Assembly: GCA_043803945.1 (NCBI GenBank)
Contig: JAZDJN010000016.1
Coordinates: 1-64,000 of the forward strand
Direction of reading: 5' to 3'
Length of the DNA stretch: 64,000 nucleotides
Source: a bacterium
Lineage (GTDB): Bacteria > Bacteroidota > Ignavibacteria > UBA10030
Shown in pieces: positions 1 through 10,963 of this stretch. The notes under the pieces are model-generated. The model had not been told where the DNA came from, did not search any database, and worked only from the letters and a program-made list of their open reading frames with translations. A program made the translations under genes and the position numbers. Each line of letters begins with the position of its first letter. Position 1 is the stretch's first letter.

Positions 1-9
1 CACCCCAGC
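1..9 (+). tRNA. Probable 3' end of a tRNA-Gln that begins upstream of the window
   Basis: CACCCCAGC is a typical tRNA-Gln acceptor 3' strand and is identical to 185-193. tRNA-Gln often lies just upstream of prs. Only 9 nt are visible. Confidence 0.4.
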
Positions 10-87
10 GAGAATTCTGAGCGGTACGGTACTTGATAAATTGATGGCAAAAAGGTTAAGGGAATATTTGGTATCCCAAAAAATACT

Positions 88-193
88 TGGGGTCTTGTTA
101 AACTGTAAGGCATCTCGCCTCTATAAGAATGCCATTCCCAAGTTCTGAGCCGAAGGCTCATTCGCCTCTGGCGAAGAATCCTGGCACCCCAGC
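88..193 (+). pseudogene. Degenerate tRNA-Gln-like copy with a 30-nt insertion in the T-loop
   Basis: 5' TGGGGTC and 3' CACCCCAGC acceptor strands, GTAAGGCA D-arm remnant, and CATTCCCAAGTTC[146-175]GAATCCTGG. Removing 146-175 restores GTTCGAATCC. The D and anticodon arms are mismatched. Confidence 0.6.
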
Positions 194-323
194 AAAAGGC
201 TGGGAATAGATGATTGTATAGTGTAAAAGAAAAAAATCTGAGAAGATCTTTATTCCATCGCTCAAGGAAGATGAAGCTGGTTGCGGAGTGGGTGACGCAC
301 ACAACGTTGAAGGAGCTCGGATC

Positions 324-1268
324 ATGAGTACCTTGAAAATTTTCTCTGGGAGATCTAATCGCCCACTCGCTGAAAAGATTGCAAAAGCTGCCGGCCTCAC
401 GCTAGGTTCGCTCGATCTGAAGAATTTTTGTGACGGTGAAATTTGGGCCAAATACAGCGTTAATATTCGAGGCGATGATGTTTTCATCATCCAATCGACG
501 AATCCGCCTGCGGAAAACTTGCTAGAGCTACTGATTCTTATTGATGCTGCAAGACGGGCTTCTGCAAAACAAGTAACGGCAGTTATACCATATTTCGGAT
601 ATGCCCGGCAGGATCGGAAAGATCAGCCAAGAGTATCGATTTCAGCAAAGCTTGTAGCAAATTTGCTGACGGAGGCAGGTGCTGACCGGATTATAACAAT
701 GGATCTCCATGCTGCACAGATCCAGGGTTTCTTTGATATCCCGCTGGATCACCTTTATGCCTCTGCGGTCTTCGCCGATTATTTCCGGAGGAAGAAGATC
801 CAGAATTTAGCTGTTGTCTCGCCGGATGTCGGCGGGATTAAGATTGCCCGTTCATACGCGAAACGGCTGAATGCTGATTTGATTTTAATCGATAAGCGGC
901 GGCCAAAACAAAATGAAGTCGAGGTGATGAATATTATCGGTAATGTTCAAGGAAAGAATGTTCTCATTATCGATGATTTGATTGATACTGGTGGTACCTT
1001 TGTGAATGCGGTGAACGCTCTCAAAGAGAAAGGTGCGCTCGATGTTTACGGTGCGTGCACACATCCGATTCTTTCGGGCAAAGCGCTTGAGAAAATCAAT
1101 AAATCCGCGCTCACCAATTTGATTGTGACGGACTCCATTCCGTTGCGTGAACATTCACCGAAGATCATGCTAAAATCGGTGGATAAATTATTCGCTGAGG
1201 CGATTATCAGAACTCACAACCACCAATCGATCAGTTCATTATTTGATATTGATAAGGATAAGTCTTAA
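324..1268 (+). CDS. prs: Ribose-phosphate pyrophosphokinase
   Basis: PYFGYARQDRK, DLHAAQIQGFFD, VSPDVGG and IIDDLIDTGGT motifs. ATG at 324 follows AAGGAG. Confidence 0.97.
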   Translation: MSTLKIFSGRSNRPLAEKIAKAAGLTLGSLDLKNFCDGEIWAKYSVNIRGDDVFIIQSTNPPAENLLELLILIDAARRASAKQVTAVIPYFGYARQDRKDQPRVSISAKLVANLLTEAGADRIITMDLHAAQIQGFFDIPLDHLYASAVFADYFRRKKIQNLAVVSPDVGGIKIARSYAKRLNADLILIDKRRPKQNEVEVMNIIGNVQGKNVLIIDDLIDTGGTFVNAVNALKEKGALDVYGACTHPILSGKALEKINKSALTNLIVTDSIPLREHSPKIMLKSVDKLFAEAIIRTHNHQSISSLFDIDKDKS

Positions 1269-1284
1269 TTGAGGAGAAGTAACA

Positions 1285-1974
1285 ATGGCTGAAATTACCA
1301 TTAACGCTGAAATCAGAAAAGGTCTTGGAAAGAGAGCAAAAGCTCTCCGTGCCGAGGGCAAAATCCCGGGTATCTACTATGGACACGGGAAGCAGAACAT
1401 CCCCATTCAGATGGGTGCGCTCACGCTGCAACCACTCTACAAGACTTCAGCAACTCACATCATCAACCTGAAGTTGGACGACGGATCTGCCCATACTTGC
1501 ATCCTGCGCGATATCCAACTCGATCCTGTGACGGAACACCCCATTCATTTTGATCTTTTCGGACTGAGCGAAAACGAGGAATTGACAATCGAAATTCCGG
1601 TGACCGTGCTGGGCACAGCAAAGGGCGTAAAGGACGGTGGCATCCTGCAGCATATCATTCACCGCTTGAGGGTCTCTTGTTTACCGAAGTACATTCCCGA
1701 TCACATCGAGCTGAATGTCGAGCCACTTGAGATCAACCGATCGATACACGTCCGTGATCTTTCAGTACCGAATGTGAAGATTCTGGAAAATGAAAATAGT
1801 ACAATCGTCGCCATCGTACCTCCAACAGTCGTGAAGGAAGCCACTCCTGCCGCTGTCCCAGGTGCTGAAGGCGCTGAAGGTGCTGAAGGCGCTGAAGCAG
1901 CAACCGCAGAACCCGAAGTCATTACGAAGGGTAAGAAACCTGAAGAGGGTGCCGGCGAAACAGCGAAAAAGTAA
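1285..1974 (+). CDS. rplY: 50S ribosomal protein L25 / general stress protein Ctc
   Basis: LRAEGKIPGIYYG, HFDL, GVKDGGIL; long acidic C-terminal tail; canonical prs-rplY-pth order. Confidence 0.96.
   Translation: MAEITINAEIRKGLGKRAKALRAEGKIPGIYYGHGKQNIPIQMGALTLQPLYKTSATHIINLKLDDGSAHTCILRDIQLDPVTEHPIHFDLFGLSENEELTIEIPVTVLGTAKGVKDGGILQHIIHRLRVSCLPKYIPDHIELNVEPLEINRSIHVRDLSVPNVKILENENSTIVAIVPPTVVKEATPAAVPGAEGAEGAEGAEAATAEPEVITKGKKPEEGAGETAKK
1861..1897 (+). repeat. Coding 9-bp tandem repeat (GGYGCTGAA x4, encoding GAE x4) in the rplY tail
   Basis: GGTGCTGAA GGCGCTGAA GGTGCTGAA GGCGCTGAA read directly. Confidence 0.85.
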
Positions 1975-1989
1975 GGATCGACCTTCCGT

Positions 1990-2580
1990 ATGTATTGCAT
2001 TGTTGGTCTTGGCAATCCCGGCCATCACTATCGAGGAACCAGACACAACATCGGTTTTGAAGTTGTCGATAGGATTTCATTCTCCCTCGATTCACTATGG
2101 GAACCGGGGCGCGGAGAGTATTATTTCGCGAAGTGTTCTTTCAAAGATCAATCTTTTATCCTCGTCAAGCCGACCACGTTTATGAACAGAAGCGGATTGG
2201 CAGTGCTCAGTGTACTGGAGCACTTTGAGTGCTCCCGAGAACATCTCCTGGTTGTTTTGGATGATCTTCAACTGCCTCTCGGTCGTCTGCGACTGAGGAT
2301 CTCGGGAAGCGATGGCGGACACAACGGCCTGGGTTCGATAATCTACGAACTCCAGTCCGAGCAATTTTTACGGCTCCGGTGTGGAATTGGATCAGATGCC
2401 CTCACGGGTGAGAACATCGATACTGCGGAGTTTGTCCTGAGTTCATTTGGAACAGATGAACACCCAAGAGTGCAAACGATGCTCGAACAAGCAGAAGAAG
2501 CTTGTCTCAGTACAATCGCTGAGGGTTTTCAAAACACTATGACTGTTATCAATCGAAAACCCGATCAGTCTGAAAATTAG
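1990..2580 (+). CDS. pth: Peptidyl-tRNA hydrolase
   Basis: IVGLGNPG, TRHNIGF, KPTTFMNRSG, GGHNGL, LRCGIG. Confidence 0.97.
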   Translation: MYCIVGLGNPGHHYRGTRHNIGFEVVDRISFSLDSLWEPGRGEYYFAKCSFKDQSFILVKPTTFMNRSGLAVLSVLEHFECSREHLLVVLDDLQLPLGRLRLRISGSDGGHNGLGSIIYELQSEQFLRLRCGIGSDALTGENIDTAEFVLSSFGTDEHPRVQTMLEQAEEACLSTIAEGFQNTMTVINRKPDQSEN

Positions 2581-2604
2581 CAAATTAAACGAGTTTTTTT
2601 AACT

Positions 2605-2673
2605 AACCCCCTGCTCCGCCGGTGTTCTGCACTGACAGGGCCAATATCCAAAAAGTCCAAAGGGTGACAAACC
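2605..2673 (+). promoter_or_regulatory. Putative S6:S18 autoregulatory leader RNA upstream of rpsF
   Basis: CCCTG...CAGGG stem with an internal CCG directly upstream of the rpsF RBS, in the position of the known rpsF leader. No covariance model was run. Confidence 0.4.
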
Positions 2674-3093
2674 ATGACTCAAATAAAACGTGTCTACGAG
2701 ACAACTTTCATTGTCAATGCCAGTCTCGACGACCCTCAAATCGACGCCGTGATTGAAAAGGTCAAAGAACTCCTCGTTAAGAACGGCAGCGAGATTAATG
2801 AGATCGTCAAATGGGGACGGAAACGATTTTCGTATCCCATCAAGAAAAAAAATAACGGATTCTATGTGATCATAGAATTTGTAGCTCCTGGTGACGCCAT
2901 TGCTAAGCTCGAGCGCCACTACTTCCTGGATGACAACATCATTCGATACCTAACACTTCAGTTAGACAAGCGTGCATTGAAGGCCCGCAAGGCTGCTTCC
3001 GCCCTGCTTGCGGAACAGAGCAGTACCGAAACCGCCAGCACCTCAAGTGCAGCACAGGTCGCAACAGACGCTCCGGCGCCTAAGGAAGCATAA
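2674..3093 (+). CDS. rpsF: 30S ribosomal protein S6
   Basis: YETTFIV, WGRKRFSYPIKK, GFY, IIRYL. Confidence 0.97.
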   Translation: MTQIKRVYETTFIVNASLDDPQIDAVIEKVKELLVKNGSEINEIVKWGRKRFSYPIKKKNNGFYVIIEFVAPGDAIAKLERHYFLDDNIIRYLTLQLDKRALKARKAASALLAEQSSTETASTSSAAQVATDAPAPKEA

Positions 3094-3151
3094 TTCACGC
3101 AAGCATCATTGAACAAGAACTTGAGCGAAGAGAGTAAGAGGAGATTACACT

Positions 3152-3430
3152 ATGGCATACACACCACGACAAGCACCTCGGGGAAATAATCAGCGAGGAG
3201 CAAATACACAGATTAAGAAAAAGAGAACCTGCCGGTTTTGTGATAACAAAGAAGATTATATCGACTACAAGAGTGAAAAGAAGTTACAGCGCTTCGTGTC
3301 AGAACAAGGTCGCATTATTCCAAAGCGAATCACCGGTACATGTGCAAAGCATCAGCGGATGCTCGTAACGGCAATCAAGCGAGCACGGCATCTTGCCTTG
3401 CTACCCTTCGTTTCAGATGCAGTGAAATAA
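3152..3430 (+). CDS. rpsR: 30S ribosomal protein S18 (zinc-binding form)
   Basis: CRFC...IDYK...[17 protein letters not shown]...[13 protein letters not shown]. Confidence 0.97.
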   Translation: MAYTPRQAPRGNNQRGANTQIKKKRTCRFCDNKEDYIDYKSEKKLQRFVSEQGRIIPKRITGTCAKHQRMLVTAIKRARHLALLPFVSDAVK

Positions 3431-3467
3431 TTGACCGAGTTCATTTTTAATTGCAAGGAATCAGACC

Positions 3468-3911
3468 ATGAAATTAATATTACGACAAGATTTTGAACAA
3501 CTGGGCCATGTTGGCGATGTTGTTGATGTGAAGGACGGCTACGCACGGAACTATCTCATTCCGCGCAAAATTGCTTATGAAGCGACCAAGAGCAGCATGC
3601 GCATGCTCGAAGAAGAAAAGAAGCAGCATTCGAAGCGTCATGATAAAGAGAAGAGAACTTCAGAGAATCTCGCCCTCGAACTGGAGAAAGTCTCCATCAC
3701 TATTCAGATGAAGGTGGGTGAAGATGATAAACTCTTCGGCTCTGTCACCAATCAGATGATCGCAGAAGCTTTGAAGGAAAAAGGATTCGAGGTGGAGAAA
3801 CGCCAGATCGAACTGGAAGATTCCATCAAAGCACTCGGTATCTATACAATCGATATCAAGATGCCTGGAGGAGTTATTGGAAAAGTGAAGGTCTGGGTGG
3901 TCCGTGAATGA
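3468..3911 (+). CDS. rplI: 50S ribosomal protein L9
   Basis: LGHVGDVVDVKDGYARNYLIP, KLFGSVT. Confidence 0.97.
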   Translation: MKLILRQDFEQLGHVGDVVDVKDGYARNYLIPRKIAYEATKSSMRMLEEEKKQHSKRHDKEKRTSENLALELEKVSITIQMKVGEDDKLFGSVTNQMIAEALKEKGFEVEKRQIELEDSIKALGIYTIDIKMPGGVIGKVKVWVVRE

Positions 3912-3934
3912 TGCTTTCCGGGGATAGTAAGCCC

Positions 3935-3968
3935 AAGCCCGCTTCGGAACACAGAAGCGGGCTTTTTT
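3935..3968 (+). terminator. Rho-independent terminator after rplI
   Basis: AAGCCCGCTTC-loop-GAAGCGGGCTT followed by a T run. Confidence 0.85.
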
Positions 3969-4022
3969 GTTCAATCATGCACCCGAGCTTTTCAGAGTGA
4001 GAGAAAAAGCAGAATTGGAAGA

Positions 4023-4052
4023 TTGACTTTCTCCTCCAAGAATGACTACATT
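4023..4052 (+). promoter_or_regulatory. Putative sigma70-type promoter for korAB
   Basis: TTGACT-18 nt-TACATT about 55 nt upstream of the korA ATG. Confidence 0.4.
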
Positions 4053-4106
4053 ATTTTCAATAATTGGACGATTATTTCCGTCTGCATGTGGTGATAAAGC
4101 TTCGCT

Positions 4107-5942
4107 ATGACAAAAACCATTGAAAAGAAAGAAGCCGTTACAATCCGTTTTGCAGGAGATTCCGGTGACGGCATGCAATTGACAGGCACACAATTTACAA
4201 ACACCGCTGCCATTCTCGGGAATGACCTGAGCACATTTCCTGACTATCCGGCTGAAATCCGGGCTCCGCAGGGAACACTTTTCGGTGTGAGCGGATTTCA
4301 AATTCATTTTGGAAGCACCGAAATTCACACACCGGGAGATCACTGTGATGTGCTTGTCGCAATGAATGCCGCAGCTTTGAAAGTAAACCTCCATTTTCTA
4401 GTCCCGGGTGGTGCCATTATTGTCAACACTGAGGGGTTTTCAGATAAGAACCTCAAGCTTTCCGGCTATGCTGAGAATCCCTTGAAAAATAATTCTCTCG
4501 ATGATTTTAAACTGTACGAAGTGGATATCAGCAAGCTCAACACTCTCGCTTTACAGGATATGAACATCTCGAGCAAGATTGTGGATCGTTCCAAGAACTT
4601 CTTCGCACTTGGAATGATGTTCTGGATGTATAATCGTTCCGTTGACAACACTGTCGATTGGATCAAAAAGAAGTTCGCCGACAAGCCACAGGTTATGGAG
4701 GCGAATATTCGAGTTCTCAAAGCTGGGTGGAATTATGGCGAAACCACAGAGATCTTTGCTGTACGCTACGATGTTGGCCCTGCAAAGCTTCCTCCCGGAA
4801 GATATCGTAATATCACCGGCAATCAGGCCGCTGCTTGGGGCTTAATGGCTGCGGCAAAGAAAGCAAACCTCGAACTCTTTCTCGGTACTTATCCAATCAC
4901 ACCTGCAAGTGATATCCTCCATGAACTTTCGATGTATAAGAGTTTTGGCGTAAAGACCTTTCAGGCTGAGGACGAGATTGCCGGTATTTGTGCGGCACTC
5001 GGTGCTTCATTCGGAGGCGCACTCGCAACGACAACAACCAGTGGTCCGGGGATAGCCTTGAAAACCGAAACTATGGGTTTGGCTGTCATGGTTGAGCTTC
5101 CGCTCGTGATCGTAAACGTGCAACGCGGTGGACCCAGCACGGGGCTTCCGACAAAAACCGAACAGGCTGACCTCCTTCAGGCACTCTATGGACGGAACGG
5201 CGAAGCGCCCATTCCCATCATCGCAGCCTCGACACCTGCCGATTGTTTCAATGCTGCATTCGAAGCTTCACGAATCGCATTGAAATATATGACTCCCGTA
5301 ATATGCCTGACTGACGGCTACCTCGGCAATGGATCCGAACCGTGGAAAATTCCAGAACTCGATTCCCTCCCCTCCATCGCCCCGCACTTTGTTACCAACC
5401 CAGAGGATTATGCTCCCTATGCACGCGATGAACAGACACTCGCGCGCCCATGGGCGATCCCTGGTACACCAGGTCTCGAACATCGTATTGGCGGTTTGGA
5501 GAAAGAACATATTACAGGAAATGTCAGCTATGACCCCGCTAATCATGAATTTATGATCAGGATGAGAGCGGAAAAAGTGGAGAGAATAGCCAACGACATT
5601 CCGCTTGCGCACATTGAAGGTGATTCTTCCGGCGATGTTCTTGTGGTTGGATGGGGCGGCACGTACGGTGCGATTAAAACCGCAGTTTCCCGGCTTCGTG
5701 AAAAAGGAAATTCCGTTTCCCATCTCCATGTTCGCTATCTCAATCCGATGCCAAAGAATGTCGGTGAGATTTTAAAGAATTTTAAGACCATCCTCGTTCC
5801 CGAATTAAACCTCGGCCAGTTGGTGAAGATCATTCGTGAAAAATTCCTCATTCCGGCAATCCCTTATAATAAGATTCAGGGATTACCCTTTAATACGATT
5901 GAGATTGAAAATGCAATCGAAGAGATTTTGAAAGGAAAATAA
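4107..5942 (+). CDS. korA: 2-oxoacid:ferredoxin oxidoreductase alpha subunit (gamma-alpha fusion)
   Basis: [48 protein letters not shown]. Confidence 0.95.
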   Translation: MTKTIEKKEAVTIRFAGDSGDGMQLTGTQFTNTAAILGNDLSTFPDYPAEIRAPQGTLFGVSGFQIHFGSTEIHTPGDHCDVLVAMNAAALKVNLHFLVPGGAIIVNTEGFSDKNLKLSGYAENPLKNNSLDDFKLYEVDISKLNTLALQDMNISSKIVDRSKNFFALGMMFWMYNRSVDNTVDWIKKKFADKPQVMEANIRVLKAGWNYGETTEIFAVRYDVGPAKLPPGRYRNITGNQAAAWGLMAAAKKANLELFLGTYPITPASDILHELSMYKSFGVKTFQAEDEIAGICAALGASFGGALATTTTSGPGIALKTETMGLAVMVELPLVIVNVQRGGPSTGLPTKTEQADLLQALYGRNGEAPIPIIAASTPADCFNAAFEASRIALKYMTPVICLTDGYLGNGSEPWKIPELDSLPSIAPHFVTNPEDYAPYARDEQTLARPWAIPGTPGLEHRIGGLEKEHITGNVSYDPANHEFMIRMRAEKVERIANDIPLAHIEGDSSGDVLVVGWGGTYGAIKTAVSRLREKGNSVSHLHVRYLNPMPKNVGEILKNFKTILVPELNLGQLVKIIREKFLIPAIPYNKIQGLPFNTIEIENAIEEILKGK

Positions 5943-6994
5943 TGAGCACGCTCGTTCAGGAGATTATGAAGAACTCTCCTATTGCACAAAATCAGAAGAC
6001 ATCGCCAAAAGATTTTTCCAGCGATCAGGATGTGCGTTGGTGTCCTGGCTGTGGTGATTATTCCGTTCTCGCTCAAACACAGCGGGTCATGCCCGACCTC
6101 GGGATCCCTCGGCATCAAATGGTTTTCATTTCCGGTATTGGATGTTCGAGTCGGTTTCCATACTATATGAGCACTTATGGTTTCCATGGAATTCATGGCA
6201 GAGCGACGGCTATTGCCAGCGGATTGAAAATTGCCCGGCCTGAGCTCTCCATTTGGGTAGTGACCGGTGATGGAGATGGAATGAGCATTGGCGGCAATCA
6301 CTTTATCCATTTGATGCGCCGGAATCTCGATATTAATGTTCTGCTCTTCAATAATCAGATCTATGGATTAACCAAAGGGCAATACTCGCCAACTTCAGAG
6401 AAGGGCAAGATCACAAAATCGAGCCCCATAGGTTCCATTGACTATCCCTTCAATCCTGCAGCGCTGGCCCTGGGTTCAAGTGCCACCTTTGTTGCCCGAT
6501 CACTTGACCGGGACACAAAGCATATGCAAACGATCATCAAACGTGCCGCTGAGCATCGGGGAACCTCCTTCGTTGAGATCTATCAAAATTGCAATGTTTT
6601 CAATGACGGCGCCTTTTTAGCTTTTACAGAGAAAGAAACCAAGGAAGATAACGTTATCTTCCTCGAACATGGGAAGCCTCTCATCTTCGGTAAGGAAAAG
6701 GACAAGGGAATTCGGTTGAATGGATTCACCCCTGAAGTTGTTTCATTGAAAGAGGGATCATATTCGGTGAACGATCTTCTTGTCCATAACGAGAAGGACA
6801 CCACCCTCTCTTTCATCCTGGCTGATATGACGTACAAGCCAAGTTTACCGCGTCCGGTTGGAATATTCCTTGCAATCGATCGGCCAACGTACGAACAGGA
6901 AGTCGACCGGCAAATCGCTTTTGCCAGGGAGAAACGGGGCGAAGGAGACCTCACCAAACTCTTTCAATCCGGCGATACCTGGATGGTACAATAA
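5942..6994 (+). CDS. korB: 2-oxoacid:ferredoxin oxidoreductase beta subunit
   Basis: [19 protein letters not shown]...[14 protein letters not shown]-binding motif; TAATG overlap with korA. Confidence 0.95.
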   Translation: MSTLVQEIMKNSPIAQNQKTSPKDFSSDQDVRWCPGCGDYSVLAQTQRVMPDLGIPRHQMVFISGIGCSSRFPYYMSTYGFHGIHGRATAIASGLKIARPELSIWVVTGDGDGMSIGGNHFIHLMRRNLDINVLLFNNQIYGLTKGQYSPTSEKGKITKSSPIGSIDYPFNPAALALGSSATFVARSLDRDTKHMQTIIKRAAEHRGTSFVEIYQNCNVFNDGAFLAFTEKETKEDNVIFLEHGKPLIFGKEKDKGIRLNGFTPEVVSLKEGSYSVNDLLVHNEKDTTLSFILADMTYKPSLPRPVGIFLAIDRPTYEQEVDRQIAFAREKRGEGDLTKLFQSGDTWMVQ

Positions 6995-7073
6995 TGATTG
7001 CTTCTACAACAACGAGGTGTGGCTGACAACGGTTAGTCACACCTTGTTTCATTCTATGAGAATCGAGAATTGT

Positions 7074-8060
7074 ATGGAACAAGAGCTTGAAACCTTCCGG
7101 AAGATCATCGACAAACACGAAGCCTTTGTTCTCACGACCCATATCAATCCAGATCCCGATGCAATCGGAAGTGAACTCGCACTATCGTATTTCCTCAGAC
7201 GCCATGGGAAAAAGGTGCATATTCTTAATCAGAGCCCGACACCGGTAAACTGCGAGTTTCTCGATTCAGAGAGAGAGATCGCTCAATACAATGAGACGGT
7301 GCACAAGCAGCTCCTCCTTGATGCCGACGTCATCTTTATTATCGACACCAACCATCTCGATCGATTCCCCCTGTTGAAACCCGCGGTCCTCGCCAGTAAA
7401 GCATATAAGGTTTGTATCGATCATCACCTTGACCGTGCGGAATTTGCCGATCTCTATATCATCGATGAAGCCGCCGCCGCAACCGGTGAAATTCTCTATA
7501 CGCTATTTATGTCCGTTGATCGGGAGAGTATCACCCCCAATATTGCTGAGCAGCTTTACGCAGCAATCATGACCGATACCGGTTCGTTTCGATTTCCGAA
7601 AACCGATGCAGAGCTTCATCACATCATCGCATCGCTCATTGACCGGGGAGCCGATCCGATTTCGATCTACACCCAGATCTATGAACAAGGGACTCCCAAT
7701 CGAGCGCTGCTTCTTGGCTATGCACTTCGTACCTTGACACTTGCTCATGAGAACAAGGTTGCCCATCTTCACATCACACGAAAAATGTTTCAGGAAACCG
7801 TTACGGATGAATCTGACACGGAGAACATCGTCAATTATGCCTTAACACTGCGCGAAGTACGCATCGCATTACTCTTTACCGAACTCGATTCGTCCATTAA
7901 AATTAGTTTCCGATCCAAAGGTGATATCGCCATAAATCTTCTCGCTCAACAATTTGGCGGAAACGGCCATAAGAATGCTGCTGGAGCACGAATCCAGAAT
8001 CTGTCGCTGAAAGAGGTAATGCAACAGGTTGTTCATCAAGCAGAACAGTTCCTCTCATAA
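7074..8060 (+). CDS. nrnA: DHH-family bifunctional oligoribonuclease/PAP phosphatase
   Basis: THINPDPDAIGS, IDHH, TDTGSF, SFRS, GGNGHKNAAG. Start is uncertain (7056 or 7074). Confidence 0.9.
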   Translation: MEQELETFRKIIDKHEAFVLTTHINPDPDAIGSELALSYFLRRHGKKVHILNQSPTPVNCEFLDSEREIAQYNETVHKQLLLDADVIFIIDTNHLDRFPLLKPAVLASKAYKVCIDHHLDRAEFADLYIIDEAAAATGEILYTLFMSVDRESITPNIAEQLYAAIMTDTGSFRFPKTDAELHHIIASLIDRGADPISIYTQIYEQGTPNRALLLGYALRTLTLAHENKVAHLHITRKMFQETVTDESDTENIVNYALTLREVRIALLFTELDSSIKISFRSKGDIAINLLAQQFGGNGHKNAAGARIQNLSLKEVMQQVVHQAEQFLS

Positions 8061-8070
8061 CGGAGCATTT

Positions 8071-9552
8071 ATGCAATTACACGTTGTTGACACTTCCCTG
8101 AAGAGCATTAATGCCGACATGGTGGCATTTTTCATCCATCAGGATCCGCACCTGTTTCAGAGGGACATCAGGAAGGTTTCCAAACTATTCAAGTTGACCC
8201 TTGCTCCTGCTCAACTCACGGATTTTAAGGGGAAAGAAAACGAAACGACACTTGTCTATCTCAACCAGACAAAGAATCCGCAACGGCTATTATTGGTTGG
8301 GCTCGGGAAAAAGAGAACCCTCTCCATTGAACAGTATCGACGAACTGCCGCCCTTGCAGCGAAGACGGCACGCTCGAATAACGTAAAAACTCTCGCTCTC
8401 TCATTTCCATTCACGTCTCGTTCCGCCAAAGATATTCTGTTTGGCATGACAGAAGCAATATCTCTCTCCCTGTACAAATATGATAAATATCGTACGAAGA
8501 AGGATGATGAGAAACCAACACTCGAACAAGTATTCTTCATCATTGAAAACGCTGGAACCCTGAAAGGTTGCACGACGGTTGTCAAACAGGCTCAGACGGT
8601 CGCCGATGCCACTCTGCTCGCCCGTAATCTGGCAAACTCACCAGGGCTGGATTTGTACCCGGAGACACTCGCCTCAGCCGCAAAGGAATCAGCAGAACGA
8701 TGCGGATACAAGGTGAAAATCCTTGATGAGAGAGAAATTAAAGAGCTTGGAATGGGAGGAATTCTTGGCGTTGCCCAGGGAAGTGTGAAGCCGCCCCGTT
8801 TCATTATTCTGGAGTATGGTAAACCTTCCCGGCGTACAGTTGTCTTAGTAGGGAAAGGGATTACCTTTGACAGTGGCGGCATTTCTATAAAACCATCGGC
8901 AGGGATGAGCGAAATGAAGATGGACATGTCTGGCGCTGCTGCCGTGATCGGGGCATTTGAATCAAGCGCACAGCTAAAGCTCCCGGTTCATCTGATTGGA
9001 TTGATTCCAGCAGTGGAGAATATGCCCAGTGGAAGCGCACTCCGCCCGGGTGATATCCTTCGGCATTACAATGGCAAGACTTCAGAGGTAGACAATACCG
9101 ATGCAGAAGGACGATTAATTTTGGCAGATGCACTTGCTTATGCATCCACTTTCAAACCCGCTCTGGTAATCGACCTGGCGACGTTGACAGGTGCTTGCGT
9201 TGTTGCATTGGGACATCACGCCGCGGGGATGATGGGTACAGATGAAAAGGCAATGAAAAAGCTGCACGAGTCTGGAAATCGAACGTACGAGCGTGTGTGG
9301 CAACTTCCCCTGTACCAGGAATACGAGAAGCAAATTCAGAGTGATGTTGCTGACGTAAAGAATACCGGAGGCCGTTGGGCTGGTGCCATTACTGCAGGAT
9401 GGTTCCTGAAAAAGTTTATCGGAGACTATCGGTGGATCCATCTCGACATAGCCGGAACTGCAATGATGGAGGAAAACTCAGGATATATTCAAAAGGGCGG
9501 ATCCGGTTTTGGTGTCAGGCTTCTGACAGATTTCCTCCGCCATTGGAAGTAA
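8071..9552 (+). CDS. pepA: Leucyl aminopeptidase (M17)
   Basis: VGKGITFDSGG, MKMDMSG, NTDAEGRL, DLATLTGA, HLDIAG. GGAG RBS before 8071. Confidence 0.95.
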   Translation: MQLHVVDTSLKSINADMVAFFIHQDPHLFQRDIRKVSKLFKLTLAPAQLTDFKGKENETTLVYLNQTKNPQRLLLVGLGKKRTLSIEQYRRTAALAAKTARSNNVKTLALSFPFTSRSAKDILFGMTEAISLSLYKYDKYRTKKDDEKPTLEQVFFIIENAGTLKGCTTVVKQAQTVADATLLARNLANSPGLDLYPETLASAAKESAERCGYKVKILDEREIKELGMGGILGVAQGSVKPPRFIILEYGKPSRRTVVLVGKGITFDSGGISIKPSAGMSEMKMDMSGAAAVIGAFESSAQLKLPVHLIGLIPAVENMPSGSALRPGDILRHYNGKTSEVDNTDAEGRLILADALAYASTFKPALVIDLATLTGACVVALGHHAAGMMGTDEKAMKKLHESGNRTYERVWQLPLYQEYEKQIQSDVADVKNTGGRWAGAITAGWFLKKFIGDYRWIHLDIAGTAMMEENSGYIQKGGSGFGVRLLTDFLRHWK

Positions 9553-9604
9553 TTCTGATTTATTCTTAATTTCTCTCACACTAACGAACGGGGTAACAAC
9601 CTCT

Positions 9605-10963
9605 ATGGGCAAACGGAAGATTCTGACAGTTATTCTTGTTCTTTCCTTAGCTGCGACCAAACTTTACGCACAGAAGTTCGATCAGGAACAAATGGAAAAG
9701 CGGGCACAGAGCCGCTTTATCAACATTGAAGATATTATACTTTTTAGCGATGACTCGATAAAAACGACCTTGAACCTGCATTATCGTATCGCTCAGAACT
9801 TTTTCATTTTTATCCGTAACGAGGCCGAGAAGGCAAAAACGGAATATCGAGCGCGTGGGGAGTTAGTTGTTGAGGTCTTGAATGAGAATAAGACCTCGGT
9901 GGGACGTCAGATTCAGCAAATGGGATTGTCACGTTCTTCAATACCGAAGGAAGGTGAACTTCTTCAGGATTATCAGGGTGTGATCACGTTCTCTCTTGAA
10001 CAGGGGACATATCAATTGGTCGTATCCCTGGAAGACCGTGAATCCGGACGTGCCATTATCGATCGTGAACAAAAAGTAGCTATTCCCCGTCGTACTGCAT
10101 CAACTTTGCTCACCTCTCCCCTTCTCATGACGGTAGAAACAAAGAGCGCAACAACAGCATCGCTCTATACCTGTATCAACCGAGGTGGGAATATCCTCTT
10201 CGGTTCGAAGAACATTGCTCTCGTGCAGGTCCAGTATCCATTCGGAAGCGAGCAGCCATCCGTCACCTGTCGGCTTGAAGGAAAGATAGAAGGATTCGGA
10301 GGACGATCACAAAACTTCAGCATTAACGATGCAACATTCATTTCAGGCAATCTCTCTCTTGCTCAGAACAGCGAAACCGTCCAGTATTCGATTCTCCCTG
10401 GGACAAGTTCAACAAGGGTACTTGCCATTCCGCTTCCAACGGAAAAACTCGAACCTGGTTCATTCACGCTCTCCGTGATGTATACCCTGGGTACGATTAA
10501 GAAGGAACAGATATATCTTTTCAAGGTCACCTGGCCGAATCGACCGGTGTCTCTTATGAATCAGGAACTTGCCACCGAAGCATTAGTACACATTGCATCA
10601 CAGGAAGATTTGGATCGAATTCGATCCGGATCTGAAAGTAAACGAGGTGAAGCATTCGCAAAGTTTTGGAAGGAACGTGACCGCGATACGGTTACGGCGT
10701 ATAACGAAGTCATGGCTGAATATTATTTCCGTGTCGATGAAGCGACACGGAAATATTCCTCCGCACGTGCGGGCGACGGCTATCGAACGGATCGCGGGAG
10801 GATTTTCATTCTCTTCGGACAGCCAACGACGAGCGATCGAATCCTGGCTCCGGGTAATTCACCGACTGAAATCTGGATCTATGAGTCTCTTAAACGCCGA
10901 TTTGTCTTCATCGACCATAATCGATCGGGAAATTATATTTTAACGCAGGCAGACACGCTGTGA
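9605..10963 (+). CDS. GWxTD-domain exported protein
   Basis: N-terminal signal peptide; C-terminal FW..RD...EYYFRV..A...GYRTDRGRIFILFGQP...EIWIY. Confidence 0.85.
   Translation: MGKRKILTVILVLSLAATKLYAQKFDQEQMEKRAQSRFINIEDIILFSDDSIKTTLNLHYRIAQNFFIFIRNEAEKAKTEYRARGELVVEVLNENKTSVGRQIQQMGLSRSSIPKEGELLQDYQGVITFSLEQGTYQLVVSLEDRESGRAIIDREQKVAIPRRTASTLLTSPLLMTVETKSATTASLYTCINRGGNILFGSKNIALVQVQYPFGSEQPSVTCRLEGKIEGFGGRSQNFSINDATFISGNLSLAQNSETVQYSILPGTSSTRVLAIPLPTEKLEPGSFTLSVMYTLGTIKKEQIYLFKVTWPNRPVSLMNQELATEALVHIASQEDLDRIRSGSESKRGEAFAKFWKERDRDTVTAYNEVMAEYYFRVDEATRKYSSARAGDGYRTDRGRIFILFGQPTTSDRILAPGNSPTEIWIYESLKRRFVFIDHNRSGNYILTQADTL

Noticed and set aside
88-193. Functional amber-suppressor tRNA (CTA in the anticodon region)
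   Set aside because: The anticodon stem, D-arm and acceptor stem have mismatches and the T-loop is interrupted, so decay is the simpler explanation.
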